Source: Thermodesulfobacteriota bacterium
Lineage (GTDB): Bacteria > Desulfobacterota > Desulfobacteria > Desulfobacterales > SURF-7
Direction: 5' to 3'
Assembly: GCA_049320885.1 (NCBI GenBank)
Contig: JBMORA010000009.1
Coordinates: 160,001 to 224,000 of the forward strand
DNA length: 64,000 nucleotides
Shown here: positions 43,958 through 53,859 of the stretch, in pieces
How positions within the stretch are numbered: the first letter of the stretch is position 1
Layout: every line of letters starts with the position of its first letter
The notes under the pieces: generated by a model
Told to the model about the DNA's origin: nothing
Seen by the model: the letters and a program-made list of their open reading frames with translations, nothing else
Database searches by the model: none
Position numbers and translations under genes: made by a program

Positions 43958-45145
43958 TCACCACACCCGGCAGATCAGCCCCTTGAGGTAATTGGCCTCG
44001 GGGAAATTGAGGGCCGTGGGATGATCGGAGGCCTGCTGTAGCCATTCCAGGATTTGCACGTTGCGACCGGCGTCCAGGGCCGCGAAGGCGACGGCTTTCT
44101 GAAGCAGTTCCGGAGAAATGTGCTGGGAACAGGAAAAGGTGACCAAGACGCCACCGGGCGCAAGAATCTTGCAGGCCAGCAGGTTGATGTCCTTATAACC
44201 GCGCAGGGCCCGTTCCACATCCCGTCGGGAGGCGGCGAACTTGGGGGGATCCAAAACGACAGCGTCGAATCGGCGGTTTGAATCCCGGTAGCCACGCAGG
44301 GCCGCGAAGACATCGTTTTTCAACAGTTCGACCTTGGAGAGATCGACCTGGTTCAAGGCCAGGTTCCGGCTGGTGAGTTCCAGGGCTGCTTCCGAGCTGT
44401 CGATAGCGGTGACATGATCAGCACCCCCTTTCAGGGCGGCGATGCAGAAACCGCCGCTGTAAGTGAAGCAGTCCAGCACCCGGGCCGCCTGCATGTAATG
44501 TCGGGCACGCAGGCGGTTGTCCCGCTGGTCCAGATAAAACCCGGTTTTATGCCCCTGTTTGACATTCACCAGGAAATGATCTCCGCCACTTTTGATCCGG
44601 ATGAAATCCGGAGGCGGAGGCCCCGACAGAACGCCGCAGCGCAGGGGCAGTCCCTCCTTGGCGCGGGACTTGGCGTCGGAGCGCTCGTAGATGCCCGCGC
44701 CGGGAACCATTCGGGTCAGGAATTGAACAAGGTTATCTTTCCAGGATTCGGCACCGGCTGACAGGAACTGACAGACCAGGAATTCTCCATACCGGTCCAA
44801 GATGAAGCCCGGAAATCCGTCGGACTCGGCGAAGACCAGCCTGCCGGCGTCGTCACCGGCGTTCTGCAGGCAGGAAATTCGATGACGGATGACGCATTCC
44901 AGCCGCCGGTACATCCATTTTTCGGTGACTTCCTCCCCGGCGTCAAAGGACCAGAGTCGCACCATGATCTGGGAATGCGGGGAGTAGGCCCCGTATCCGA
45001 GAATTCGGCCATCCGCTGCCTGCACGGCGACCGTCTGACCGCTCCGCGGATTTCCGTCGACCCGGGCGACCGCGCCGGAAAAAATCCAGGGATGCCTGCG
45101 GAACAGCGAATCTTCGCGTCCCTTTTTGAGTGTGACCGCTGCCAT
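43958..45145 (-). CDS. rlmI: RlmI-class rRNA (m5C) methyltransferase
   Basis: RRHPWIFSG (PUA), AESDGFPG, GHKTGFYLDQRDNR, VLDPPKF, TFSCS, YLKG; start ATG 45145. Confidence 0.88.
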   Translation of the reverse strand: MAAVTLKKGREDSLFRRHPWIFSGAVARVDGNPRSGQTVAVQAADGRILGYGAYSPHSQIMVRLWSFDAGEEVTEKWMYRRLECVIRHRISCLQNAGDDAGRLVFAESDGFPGFILDRYGEFLVCQFLSAGAESWKDNLVQFLTRMVPGAGIYERSDAKSRAKEGLPLRCGVLSGPPPPDFIRIKSGGDHFLVNVKQGHKTGFYLDQRDNRLRARHYMQAARVLDCFTYSGGFCIAALKGGADHVTAIDSSEAALELTSRNLALNQVDLSKVELLKNDVFAALRGYRDSNRRFDAVVLDPPKFAASRRDVERALRGYKDINLLACKILAPGGVLVTFSCSQHISPELLQKAVAFAALDAGRNVQILEWLQQASDHPTALNFPEANYLKGLICRVW

Positions 45146-45396
45146 GGGTTTTACGTCATCTTCCTTAAGGTCAACCCGATGCTGATCAAGATGGTCGGGC
45201 AGGCTTTCACCCTGGGACAGAAGACTTCCGCAGGAGTGCAGGTGTATGTCAAACAATCGGAACCCATCCATGTGGATATCATCCTCAATCAATGCCCTTC
45301 TCGAACGGGGCAGGATCACAACACAGGTGTATAGTCAAGAACCGCGCGCATGTCAAACGATTGAATCCGTAAGGGGCAGCGGGAAGGGGCAGCGGA

Positions 45397-45424
45397 TTGA
45401 CAGGCAGTATGGGTCATGTATAAT
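45397..45424 (+). promoter_or_regulatory. Consensus sigma-70 promoter upstream of the photolyase
   Basis: TTGACA-N16-TATAAT; preceded by direct repeat AAGGGGCAGCGG x2 (45371-45395). Confidence 0.7.
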
Positions 45425-45514
45425 CCGTTATAACTGGATATCTCGAGTCAATTCCTTGCCGGCGATACCACGGAAAGAAACAACGGATTCAGCGCCTTCG
45501 GAAAGGGATATACG

Positions 45515-46903
45515 ATGATCCGCTCCCAGGTCGAAAGCACCCGGATTCAAATCCTGAACCAGCGGCCGATCCTGCCGAATAACTATGTCCTTTACTGGAT
45601 GCAGCAATCCCAGCGGGCGGTGGGCAACCATGCCCTGGAATACGCCGTTGAACTGGCCAACGCCCGGAATAAGCCGCTTCTGGTTGTATTCGGTCTTACC
45701 GGCGGATATCCGGAGGCCAATGCGCGGCATTATACTTTCCTGATAGAAGGCCTGCGGGAAGTGCGGGAAAGTCTCCGGGCCAGGGGAATCGCCATGGTCA
45801 TACGCCTGGGCGAGCCGGACCGGGTGGCCATGGAATTCGGGAAAAAAGCCGACCTGATGGTGTGCGACCGGGGCTACCTTCGGCACCAGAACCGGTGGCG
45901 TCAAGAAGTGGCCTGTCGCGCCCTTTGCCGGGTCGTCCAAGTGGAGAGCGACGCCGTGGTTCCGGTGGAGACCGCCTCCGGAAAGAAGGTATATGCCGCC
46001 CGGTTTCTGCGGCCCCACATCCACCGCAACCTGTCGCAGTATCTGAAGCGGCCCATACCCCAACAGAGCCGGCATTCGTCCCTGGAGCTGAACCTGCCGG
46101 GTGAAGATCTGGCGGATATCGACGGTCTTCTTTCGACCCTGGGCGTCGACCGGCGCGTCCCTCCGGTCAGCCGGCTGTTCCAGGGGGGGACCAGCCGGGC
46201 CACTGAGCGGATGCAACGATTTGTCCGGGAAGAACTGACCGCGTATGCCGTCAACGGCAATCAGCCCCAGACCGATTCCATTTCCTATTTGAGCCCGCAT
46301 CTGCATTTCGGCCAGATCTCGACCATTGATCTGGCCCTGGCGGTTCAGCAGGCCCAGGATTCTCCAGCTGAATCCAGGGCCGCGTTTTTGGAGCAATTGA
46401 TTGTCCGACGGGAGCTGGCTTTCAATTTTACCCACTATACGCCGGATTACGATCAATTTGCCAGTCTGCCCGGCTGGGCCCGGGAAACTCTCCATTTTCA
46501 TCGGCAGGACAAGCGGGAGTTCCTCTACACGGAAGAGCGGCTGGAGCAGGGCGAAACCCATGATCCTTATTGGAATGCCGCCATGCTGGAAATGAAGCAC
46601 ACCGGTTTCATGCACAATTACATGCGTATGTATTGGGGCAAGAAAATACTGGAATGGTCGGAGAGCCCCGAAGCGGCCTTTACAACCATCCAGAGATTCA
46701 ACAATAAGTATTTTCTGGACGGTCGCGATCCCAATTCCTATGCCGGTTGCGGTTGGATCTTCGGCCTACACGACCGGCCCTGGAAGGAGCGCCCGGTTTT
46801 CGGAAAAATTCGCTGCATGACCGCCGCGGGTCTTGAAAGGAAATGCGATATGGCAGGATACGTGGACAAGGTAAAGCGCCTGGTTCAAATCGTTACTGCG
46901 TGA
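45515..46903 (+). CDS. phrB: Class II CPD DNA photolyase
   Basis: VLYWM..SQR..N.AL, SYLSPHLHFGQIS, FLEQLIVRREL, THDPYWNAA, MHNYMRMYWGK, LDGRDPN, HDRPW.ER..FGKIR. Confidence 0.93.
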   Translation: MIRSQVESTRIQILNQRPILPNNYVLYWMQQSQRAVGNHALEYAVELANARNKPLLVVFGLTGGYPEANARHYTFLIEGLREVRESLRARGIAMVIRLGEPDRVAMEFGKKADLMVCDRGYLRHQNRWRQEVACRALCRVVQVESDAVVPVETASGKKVYAARFLRPHIHRNLSQYLKRPIPQQSRHSSLELNLPGEDLADIDGLLSTLGVDRRVPPVSRLFQGGTSRATERMQRFVREELTAYAVNGNQPQTDSISYLSPHLHFGQISTIDLALAVQQAQDSPAESRAAFLEQLIVRRELAFNFTHYTPDYDQFASLPGWARETLHFHRQDKREFLYTEERLEQGETHDPYWNAAMLEMKHTGFMHNYMRMYWGKKILEWSESPEAAFTTIQRFNNKYFLDGRDPNSYAGCGWIFGLHDRPWKERPVFGKIRCMTAAGLERKCDMAGYVDKVKRLVQIVTA

Positions 46904-46931
46904 TCCCTATTCCGGTTGTTAGGAGGTGGAT

Positions 46932-47168
46932 ATGTCGATATCGGAAATCATTGCATTGGGCACCGAATACTTTTCGATTCATCCATGGATCGCCATCCTG
47001 GCTGTCGCCGCCGTCCTGGGGCTCCTTTATTGGAACAGCAAGGCGATGGTTCGTATCTTGGGCATACTGCTTCTGTTCGCGGTCCTTTATTATCTTTTTT
47101 CGTTTATCGGCGAATCTACCTCCGTTGGCGTGGATGTAAAGAGAAAGATGCTTGAAAACAGACCATAA
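46932..47168 (+). CDS. Small membrane protein (2 TM)
   Basis: RBS AGGAGG; two hydrophobic helices. Confidence 0.7.
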   Translation: MSISEIIALGTEYFSIHPWIAILAVAAVLGLLYWNSKAMVRILGILLLFAVLYYLFSFIGESTSVGVDVKRKMLENRP

Positions 47169-47196
47169 TATATACCGTCATGGATTTCGCGGAGGA

Positions 47197-48264
47197 TTAT
47201 GATTCGGCTTCTTCCTTGTATTGCGTCAGCCGTTCCCTGTTCCAGTCGGCTTTCGAAGTCTGGCGGTGCTCCCGGGAATCGCAGTCCGGGCGGTTGCAGA
47301 TCGGGCAATCCTCGGCCTCGCAGGGATCCATGTGAACCAACACGCTGGCGTTGCCCTGGAATCGATGGACCAGGATTCTTTCCAGATTCTTGGCTTCGTG
47401 GTGGGCTTCATGCAGGGAGATGTCGATGGGAAGCACCAGGTGGAGATCGATATGGATGAAGCTGCCGGAACGCCAGGCGCGCAGTTGATGAATATCGATC
47501 CAGGACGGTCGCCGTTGCTCCTGTAAGAGGCGGGTGATCCCATCCAGCAGGTCCGGGTCCGAGGCGTCCATCAGCCGGGAATAGGATTGGTATACCAGCC
47601 GTCCGCCCGTGAAGAGGATATTCAGACCCACCAGGCAGGCCACGGCGCCGTCCAGCCAGACTTGGCCGCTGATCTGAACCAGCCCCAGACCCGCCACGAC
47701 ACCCACCGATGTATAGACATCGGTGAGGATGTGTCTGCCGTCGGCCGAAAGAGCTATGGAATCGGTGCGCCGGCCAATGGTGACGAGCAACAATCCCAGC
47801 AGCAGGTTGGCCATGGTGACCATCAGAAGCAGGATGACGCCTTTGTGAAGATGCGGCAATGGCCGGGGATGCAACAGTTGCTGGACACCAGTGTAGAATA
47901 TGCCGCATGCTGCGGCGATAATCAAGGCGCCTTCGAAACCGGCCGAGAAATATTCGATTTTCCCATGCCCATAGGGATGATCCATATCCGGCGGTTTTGC
48001 CGCCATCCAGATACTCATGGCGGCAAATGCGCTGGCCACGACATTGATGATGGATTCCAACGCGTCGGATAATACGGCGGATGAACGGGTTATGTCATAG
48101 GCCAGGAATTTCAGGCCCATGATCAGGGAGCCCACCAGAAACGAAAAAACTGCCGTCTGCATGCGCAACGATTGTTGGATAGCCTTATGATCGCCGGCGG
48201 ATGCCGGGGCGGATCGGCCGGTAGGTTCCGTAAGCCTCGCTGGAGTTTTTTTTTTGTTCTTCAT
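47197..48264 (-). CDS. Cation diffusion facilitator transporter
   Basis: SDALES, PPDMDHPYGHGKIEY, ADGRHILTD, C-terminal HMDPC plus Cys-rich tail; start uncertain. Confidence 0.92.
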   Translation of the reverse strand: MKNKKKTPARLTEPTGRSAPASAGDHKAIQQSLRMQTAVFSFLVGSLIMGLKFLAYDITRSSAVLSDALESIINVVASAFAAMSIWMAAKPPDMDHPYGHGKIEYFSAGFEGALIIAAACGIFYTGVQQLLHPRPLPHLHKGVILLLMVTMANLLLGLLLVTIGRRTDSIALSADGRHILTDVYTSVGVVAGLGLVQISGQVWLDGAVACLVGLNILFTGGRLVYQSYSRLMDASDPDLLDGITRLLQEQRRPSWIDIHQLRAWRSGSFIHIDLHLVLPIDISLHEAHHEAKNLERILVHRFQGNASVLVHMDPCEAEDCPICNRPDCDSREHRQTSKADWNRERLTQYKEEAES

Positions 48265-48328
48265 GGCTGCTTGAATACAAGACATTTGCCCGGATTGCCA
48301 ATGAAATTTGGTTTGCATTTCCGGCGCG

Positions 48329-49879
48329 TCACGGCCTGGCCGCCAGGATCAGTTTCGCATCGGAAACCCGTATGGGCCCCTCCTGATAGCCGGTGCTGGG
48401 CAGATCCAGTAAAATGTGCAGGTAGATTCCATCCTGATCCGTTTCAAGGCCGAATCCCACCAACCGGGATGGGATGGTTTTTCCCCCTGCGGTTACGGAT
48501 TTAATTTCTATTTGCCGGACTACTTGATTGTTTTTGGGCAATGGACAAGACACCAGTGCCCGGTCGTTGAATTGACCGGTCCGGGATAAATCACTGTAAT
48601 AGGCTTCCGTAAATGTACTTTTCAAATCAGGATTCCGCAAAACAGCCTCGATGATGATTTCTCCTCCGGCCCGTGGCGTGGCGGAAATCGTGAAGGGAGG
48701 CAGCGCAAAGGCCGCCATGGCCCGAAGAGCGGGATCTCCAAACAAAATTCGGGAAGCCGTGCCGTTGAGCATTACTTCGGCCGCCGTCATTTCCGGAGCG
48801 GGTTGGCCGTCCGCCAGCGGATTCAATTCCGGCAGTTTGCCACCCGCGGCCAGAACCACTCCATCATGGGTGTATTTCATGGACTCTCCCAGGCTGGCGC
48901 CCGAATATGCCAGATATTCCATTTCCTGATAAACCGGGATGCCGTGGTCCGGATGCACGGCCGCCAGATATGCCACTGCTTCGCCCCCCAGGACCCCCAA
49001 GGCAAAGGATGTGGCCGGCGACACCTGTTTTTCACGTATCCGACCGCCGTCCGTTTCGAACCAGGTATGGGTGACACCGGTGTAGCAGGCGCCGCTGAAA
49101 AAAATATGGGGCGCAAATCGGATCCGCCGGACGAAAACCCCATTGAGTGAATCCACGATCCGGTCGGGGTAGCCGTGTCCACCGTAGTGCACCAGCCCGG
49201 CGTTCTGCATCAAGGTAAGTCTGTCCCGGGTGAACCCCTGGGTACCATGACTGATGCTGGTAAGCGCCATTCGTTTTCCCAGCGCCGGAATCATGAAATT
49301 GGAAGGATAGGTGGCGCAGTCCGTTCGATCCATGTCGGAATTGGGCCCAAGGTTATCCACGAAACGGGCCGGAAGGCGAATGGCCCCATTGGCCGCCCGT
49401 TCAATCCGCTGGACAAAGCGCAGAACCGATTCCGGCGTCTCGCCGGTGATGAAGCCTGTCCGGACATCCACAAAGGGATCCGCATCGATCTCCGTAACCA
49501 TTCTGAGCCAGGCCCAGGCCAGGTTTACATCCAGTTCCTCCGGCCGGATGAAGACCATTGCATAGCGAGCCGAAATCCGCGCGAGTCGTTCCTTTACCTC
49601 CTGCAACCGGAGGGGATCGAAAACCATCCATTCCGCCCCTGGATGCAGGTTGCGGGCTGCGAGAATCGCCTGTTCCCAGGCTGCGACCGCCTTTTCGGTC
49701 CCCAGGATCAGATAGGGCCCCCTGCTGTCCATGGAGACTTCCAGAGGAGTTGAAACCAGTGACGGGGGGGCCGCATTTCGCTCTTGTTGCCATTGGATGT
49801 ATATCGTGGAACCCAGGCCGATCAGGGCGCCCAGGGTGCCGCAGATGATCCCGAATGTCGCTTTCTTGGTAAGGTTCAT
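48329..49879 (-). CDS. Membrane-anchored protein with a C25 (gingipain)/clan CD peptidase-like domain
   Basis: N-terminal TM helix; VRTGFITG, VHYGGHG, FFSGACYTG, ILFGDPAL. Confidence 0.6.
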   Translation of the reverse strand: MNLTKKATFGIICGTLGALIGLGSTIYIQWQQERNAAPPSLVSTPLEVSMDSRGPYLILGTEKAVAAWEQAILAARNLHPGAEWMVFDPLRLQEVKERLARISARYAMVFIRPEELDVNLAWAWLRMVTEIDADPFVDVRTGFITGETPESVLRFVQRIERAANGAIRLPARFVDNLGPNSDMDRTDCATYPSNFMIPALGKRMALTSISHGTQGFTRDRLTLMQNAGLVHYGGHGYPDRIVDSLNGVFVRRIRFAPHIFFSGACYTGVTHTWFETDGGRIREKQVSPATSFALGVLGGEAVAYLAAVHPDHGIPVYQEMEYLAYSGASLGESMKYTHDGVVLAAGGKLPELNPLADGQPAPEMTAAEVMLNGTASRILFGDPALRAMAAFALPPFTISATPRAGGEIIIEAVLRNPDLKSTFTEAYYSDLSRTGQFNDRALVSCPLPKNNQVVRQIEIKSVTAGGKTIPSRLVGFGLETDQDGIYLHILLDLPSTGYQEGPIRVSDAKLILAARP

Positions 49880-49957
49880 ATCCGAGCTCCGCACCGAAAG
49901 GGGGTGAACGGTGACAAGGAACAGGAGAGGCGGAAAAGCCCTTGTTACGCCGCTCTT

Positions 49958-50296
49958 TTATGGACTTGTGACACAAAAATGCAAATTGAACGGATCGCCT
50001 GGAATCGCTTCGACGGAGACATTCGCAAACCCGGCCGCTTGCAGCATTTTTGTCGCTTGCTGGCGACCCCACATCATCCCCAGGCCGGCGCCGCCGTCGG
50101 CAAGACCGACGGGTATGCAATGCATGAGGCTGACGGTATATAAGAAAGCGCCCATCGGATGGTTCCGGTTTTCCGCCAGGATACTGCTGGCAGCGATGCC
50201 CACCATGGAGAAGCAGCCTTCGGTTTTCAGTAAGGCATGCACGCCTTTGAGAGCCTCCATGGGATGGGTTTGGTCATGGATGGCATCGATAGTCAT
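49958..50296 (-). pseudogene. C-terminal fragment of a class I SAM-dependent methyltransferase
   Basis: DAIHDQ, LYTVSLMHC, GGAGLGMMWG, MLQAAGF, DPFN are present, but the SAM-binding N-terminal half is missing; in-frame stop two codons upstream of the ATG. Confidence 0.7.
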
Positions 50297-50445
50297 CAGT
50301 CATCGCCTAAGAATCACCTGCATTGTATGCTGATTCTTTTGCCAACGTCAATCGCCGGAATGACATTTGTCTTGAAAATCAGAGGAACGCTTGGTGAGGA
50401 GAGGAACCCCGGTTGTGTCCCGAATTGAGCAGGTGTACATGGATA

Positions 50446-50483
50446 ACATATTGAAAAAAATAAATTAATTTTTTTCAATATGT
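50446..50483. repeat. Perfect AT-rich inverted repeat (16-bp arms, 6-bp spacer)
   Basis: ACATATTGAAAAAAAT-AAATTA-ATTTTTTTCAATATGT. Confidence 0.9.
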
Positions 50484-50508
50484 CGAGGATCTGCCGGGCA
50501 TCCAAAAC

Positions 50509-50541
50509 GATGCCCAAAAGCTTGGTGATTCTTGTTTTCAT
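50509..50541 (-). pseudogene. N-terminal stub of a nitronate monooxygenase/FabK-family gene
   Basis: MKTRITKLLGI, the typical family N-terminus, starts with an ATGA overlap on the CoA-ligase stop; resemblance ends after 11 codons. Confidence 0.55.
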
Positions 50542-52211
50542 CGGCCGCTGTTTTCCGCCGTTTCTCGGATGCGTAAGTCCTTCCGCAGGATTTTACCCAC
50601 GGCCGATTTCGGCAGTGACTCCATGAATTCATAAATTTTGGGCACCTTATACGCTGTCAGCCGTTCCCGGCAGAAGGCGTCCAACTCTTTCTCCGTCACG
50701 GTCGCGCCCGGCCTTAGAACGATGAAAGCCTTGACGGTTTCCCCGCGATAGTGGTCGAAAACCCCGACGACACAGGCTTCGAGGATGTTGGGATGCTCGA
50801 AGAGCACTTCCTCGATATCCCGGGGATAAATATTGAAACCGCCGGCGATGATCATATCCTTTTTTCGATCGACGATATACAGATAGCCGTCTTCATCGAA
50901 CCTGCCGATATCGCCTGTGTGGAACCAGCCGTCCCGGAGGGCGGCTGCGGTTTCTTCGGGTTTGTTGTAGTAGCCTTTAAGCAGCTGTGGGCCTTTGAAG
51001 ATGATTTCGCCTTCGGTGCCGGTGGGCATTTCCTCTTTTCCCTCGTCGAGGTCCACGATCTTGACATCCGTATCCGGAATCGGAACGCCGACGCTGCCGA
51101 CTTTCAGTTTCCCGCGCCAGGGAGTCAGGGTGATAATGGTGGTGGATTCCGTCATGCCGTAGGCTTCGATGATGTCGGCGCCGGCCGCTTTTTTGAGCTG
51201 CTCGATGGTATCGAGGGGCAGCGGAGCGGCGCCGGAAAAAAACCCTTTCACAAAGGACAGGTCCTTCTTACCGAATTCGGGAAGCCCCAGGAGGCCGGTG
51301 TAGATGGTCGGCACCGCCGGCACAAAGGTGGCCCTGTATTTCAGGATGGCGTCCAGCACCGCCTTGGGCTCCGGTTTGGGGATGAGAATATCCGTCCAGC
51401 CCATGAGGATGCAGGAATTCATGACTCCCGTAAACCCTGCCAGGTGAAAAAACGGGAAAATCCCCATATTGCGTTCGCAGGTGTGGTGCAGATCATGGAA
51501 CCAGGCCTTGAAGTTCTGGGTGATATACGAAACGTTGCGGTGGGTCAATGCCACCCCTTTGGCCTGGCCGGTGGTGCCTCCCGTATAGGGAATGAGAGCG
51601 AGCTCGTCCATGGCCGTTTCACCGCCGAAAAATGCAGAAGAAGCGGAAGCCATCAGCTCTCGAAAATCATAGTAGTCGCGGGTGGGCTCGAACTTCCGAT
51701 ACATCTCTTTTTTTAATTTCGGAAACAGCTGCTTCAGAGGGAACGGAAGATAATCATTGATATGGCAGCAGATCACCGACTTTATCCTGGTTTTGGCCCG
51801 CAGTTTGAGCATGCGCGGCGCCAGGATATCGAGGGTGATCAGGACGGAAGAACCCGAGTCATTGAACTGGTGCTCGAGTTCCCGGTCCGTATATAAGGGA
51901 TTATTCGGCACCGGGACGGCGCCCGCCCGCCAGATCCCATAGTAGGCGATTACGATCTGGGGGATGTTGGGCAGGAGCAGGCTGACGCGTTCCTTGGGCT
52001 TGACCCCGATTTGACGGAGGACGGCACCGAACTGATGCGCCAGGCGGTCCAATTCCCGGTAGGTGATTTTTTTGCCCATGAAAATCAGGGCGATCCGCTC
52101 CGGATGGATGCGCGCCGTTCGCGCCAGCACTTCGGGCATGGTGACATCTTCATAGGCGATGGACCGGGGAACCTCGGGTGGATACGATTGGTGCCAGATA
52201 CGCTTTTCCAC
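50538..52211 (-). CDS. fadD: Long-chain fatty acid--CoA ligase
   Basis: NPLYT, YTGGTTGQAKG, EAYGMTE, GWFHTGD, DRKKDMI, LPKSAVGKILR; RBS GGAGG before GTG 52211. Confidence 0.92.
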   Translation of the reverse strand: MEKRIWHQSYPPEVPRSIAYEDVTMPEVLARTARIHPERIALIFMGKKITYRELDRLAHQFGAVLRQIGVKPKERVSLLLPNIPQIVIAYYGIWRAGAVPVPNNPLYTDRELEHQFNDSGSSVLITLDILAPRMLKLRAKTRIKSVICCHINDYLPFPLKQLFPKLKKEMYRKFEPTRDYYDFRELMASASSAFFGGETAMDELALIPYTGGTTGQAKGVALTHRNVSYITQNFKAWFHDLHHTCERNMGIFPFFHLAGFTGVMNSCILMGWTDILIPKPEPKAVLDAILKYRATFVPAVPTIYTGLLGLPEFGKKDLSFVKGFFSGAAPLPLDTIEQLKKAAGADIIEAYGMTESTTIITLTPWRGKLKVGSVGVPIPDTDVKIVDLDEGKEEMPTGTEGEIIFKGPQLLKGYYNKPEETAAALRDGWFHTGDIGRFDEDGYLYIVDRKKDMIIAGGFNIYPRDIEEVLFEHPNILEACVVGVFDHYRGETVKAFIVLRPGATVTEKELDAFCRERLTAYKVPKIYEFMESLPKSAVGKILRKDLRIRETAENSGR

Positions 52212-52252
52212 ACTTCCTCCTCTGGTGACGCGGGGGGTTGGTAAGCTTTCAA

Positions 52253-53854
52253 TCAATCGGTGATGATGCCGTTGGCCCTGGCTTGTTTCACCAGGTCGAT
52301 CTCATCCCACCATTTTGCAACGCCGAAATCCGCGGCGATGGTATTGGCGCCGATGTATCCCGGCCCGCCGATGATCATGCCGCCGGGGTAGACACTGGCG
52401 CCGCAGACATAAAGCCCTTCCACCGGAGTGTGGCATCGGGAACAGGCGTCGTTGGGCCGGAAATATCCCATCTGGAGCGGCACATACGCTCCCTGTTTGA
52501 TGGAGCCGCGGACCATGTTGATGATCTTTTTTTCGATATAGGTGGGAGGATACACCAGGGTGTGAATCGGATCCAGATTGGGCGCGTACTGCTTCCACTG
52601 CTTCACGCATGATTCGGCGTAGGTCCATTTTTCTTTTTCCCAGTCATTTTCATAGGGCACCAGGCATTCCCAGCGGCCGGTGTGATATCCTTCCGGCGCC
52701 TGTATGGGGTCGAAGATCGAGGCGCAGGTGGTATGGCCGAAGAAGTTATTCCGGGGGACCTGCCCGCTTTCCAGGGCGGCGTGGTGGTCGAGCAGAACGT
52801 TCGTGTCGTCGATGCCCAGGAAGGTGATCATGGCCCGGTTGGCGTCGGCGCAGGATTCGGTCCCAATGTATTGCGGGGCCCGACGCAGGGCCAGGTGCGC
52901 CCCGAACAGGGTGATCTTCTCCCATTCCCATTTTCCTGCGGCGTTTCTTAATTCTTCCGGCAGTTCATCCGGTTCGAAAAATCGCAGGAAGGTCTGATGT
53001 GGGTCCACCGTGGAAGCCACGGCGGTGGCATGGATTTCCGTGCCGTCATCCAGTAGAACTCCCTTGATTTTTCCAGCATGACTAAGAATTTTGACTACCA
53101 TGGAGTCATCGGATATCGCGCCGCCGGCAGCCACGATGGATTTATGAATGGCCGAGGAAAGTCGATGGGAGCCGCCGCTGCAGAGGGCCGCCTGGGTCAT
53201 CCGGTAGACATACAGGGGAAAGATATAGCCCAGGGCTTCATGGGGTGAGAGCCCCCACATGGTAAACAGGTTCAAAACCGCGGCCTTGACCGGGTCGGAA
53301 AAATCGTACTGATTCAGAATCTCGATGGGTGGAAGCTCGGCGATTTCGTTGAACCGCCGTCCCACGTCGTCCCGGGCGTTGTTCAGGACCTGCACTTGTT
53401 CGACGGGCGGAATCGCCGGAACATAGGTCAGCGGAATCAGAATTTTTTCCGAATATTCCCGGAAATCACGGTACATGCGTCCATAAGCCTCGCCGTCCCT
53501 GGCGGAAAACGCAGCTCCGATGTACTCCGCCGTTTTCTTCGGGTCCCGATACAGGACCAGTGGGGCATGTTTTGTGGAAATATAGGCGGCCTGCACTTCG
53601 GGATAAATGAACCGGACACCCCGCTGCCGCAGGTTGAAATCCCGGTACACCGGCATCAGCTCCGCCATCATATGGTAGATGGCATGGGGGTTGTATTTGA
53701 ATCCGGCGAATTCCAGCGTATCCAGACCGCCGCCGGTTTCATGGCGGGCCTCCAGGAGAATGACCTTCAAACCGGCTCTGGCCAGATAGGCGCCGCAGAT
53801 CAGTCCGTTGGGACCGGCGCCGATGATGGCGACATCATATGTTTTGTCTTTCAT
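52253..53854 (-). CDS. Phytoene desaturase-family FAD oxidoreductase, second paralog
   Basis: YDVAIIGAGPNG, LEAR..TGGG, GGSHRLS, FDPIQAPEG, YFRP, TPVEGLYVCGASVYPGG; start ATG 53854. Confidence 0.88.
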   Translation of the reverse strand: MKDKTYDVAIIGAGPNGLICGAYLARAGLKVILLEARHETGGGLDTLEFAGFKYNPHAIYHMMAELMPVYRDFNLRQRGVRFIYPEVQAAYISTKHAPLVLYRDPKKTAEYIGAAFSARDGEAYGRMYRDFREYSEKILIPLTYVPAIPPVEQVQVLNNARDDVGRRFNEIAELPPIEILNQYDFSDPVKAAVLNLFTMWGLSPHEALGYIFPLYVYRMTQAALCSGGSHRLSSAIHKSIVAAGGAISDDSMVVKILSHAGKIKGVLLDDGTEIHATAVASTVDPHQTFLRFFEPDELPEELRNAAGKWEWEKITLFGAHLALRRAPQYIGTESCADANRAMITFLGIDDTNVLLDHHAALESGQVPRNNFFGHTTCASIFDPIQAPEGYHTGRWECLVPYENDWEKEKWTYAESCVKQWKQYAPNLDPIHTLVYPPTYIEKKIINMVRGSIKQGAYVPLQMGYFRPNDACSRCHTPVEGLYVCGASVYPGGMIIGGPGYIGANTIAADFGVAKWWDEIDLVKQARANGIITD

Positions 53855-53859
53855 CGCAT

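Noticed and set aside
45146..45319. 58-aa N-terminal extension of RlmI; similar extensions on glnD, glnK, coaD, uppP, mtnA and aldh
   Set aside because: Longest-ORF artifacts; family N-termini and RBSs point to downstream starts.
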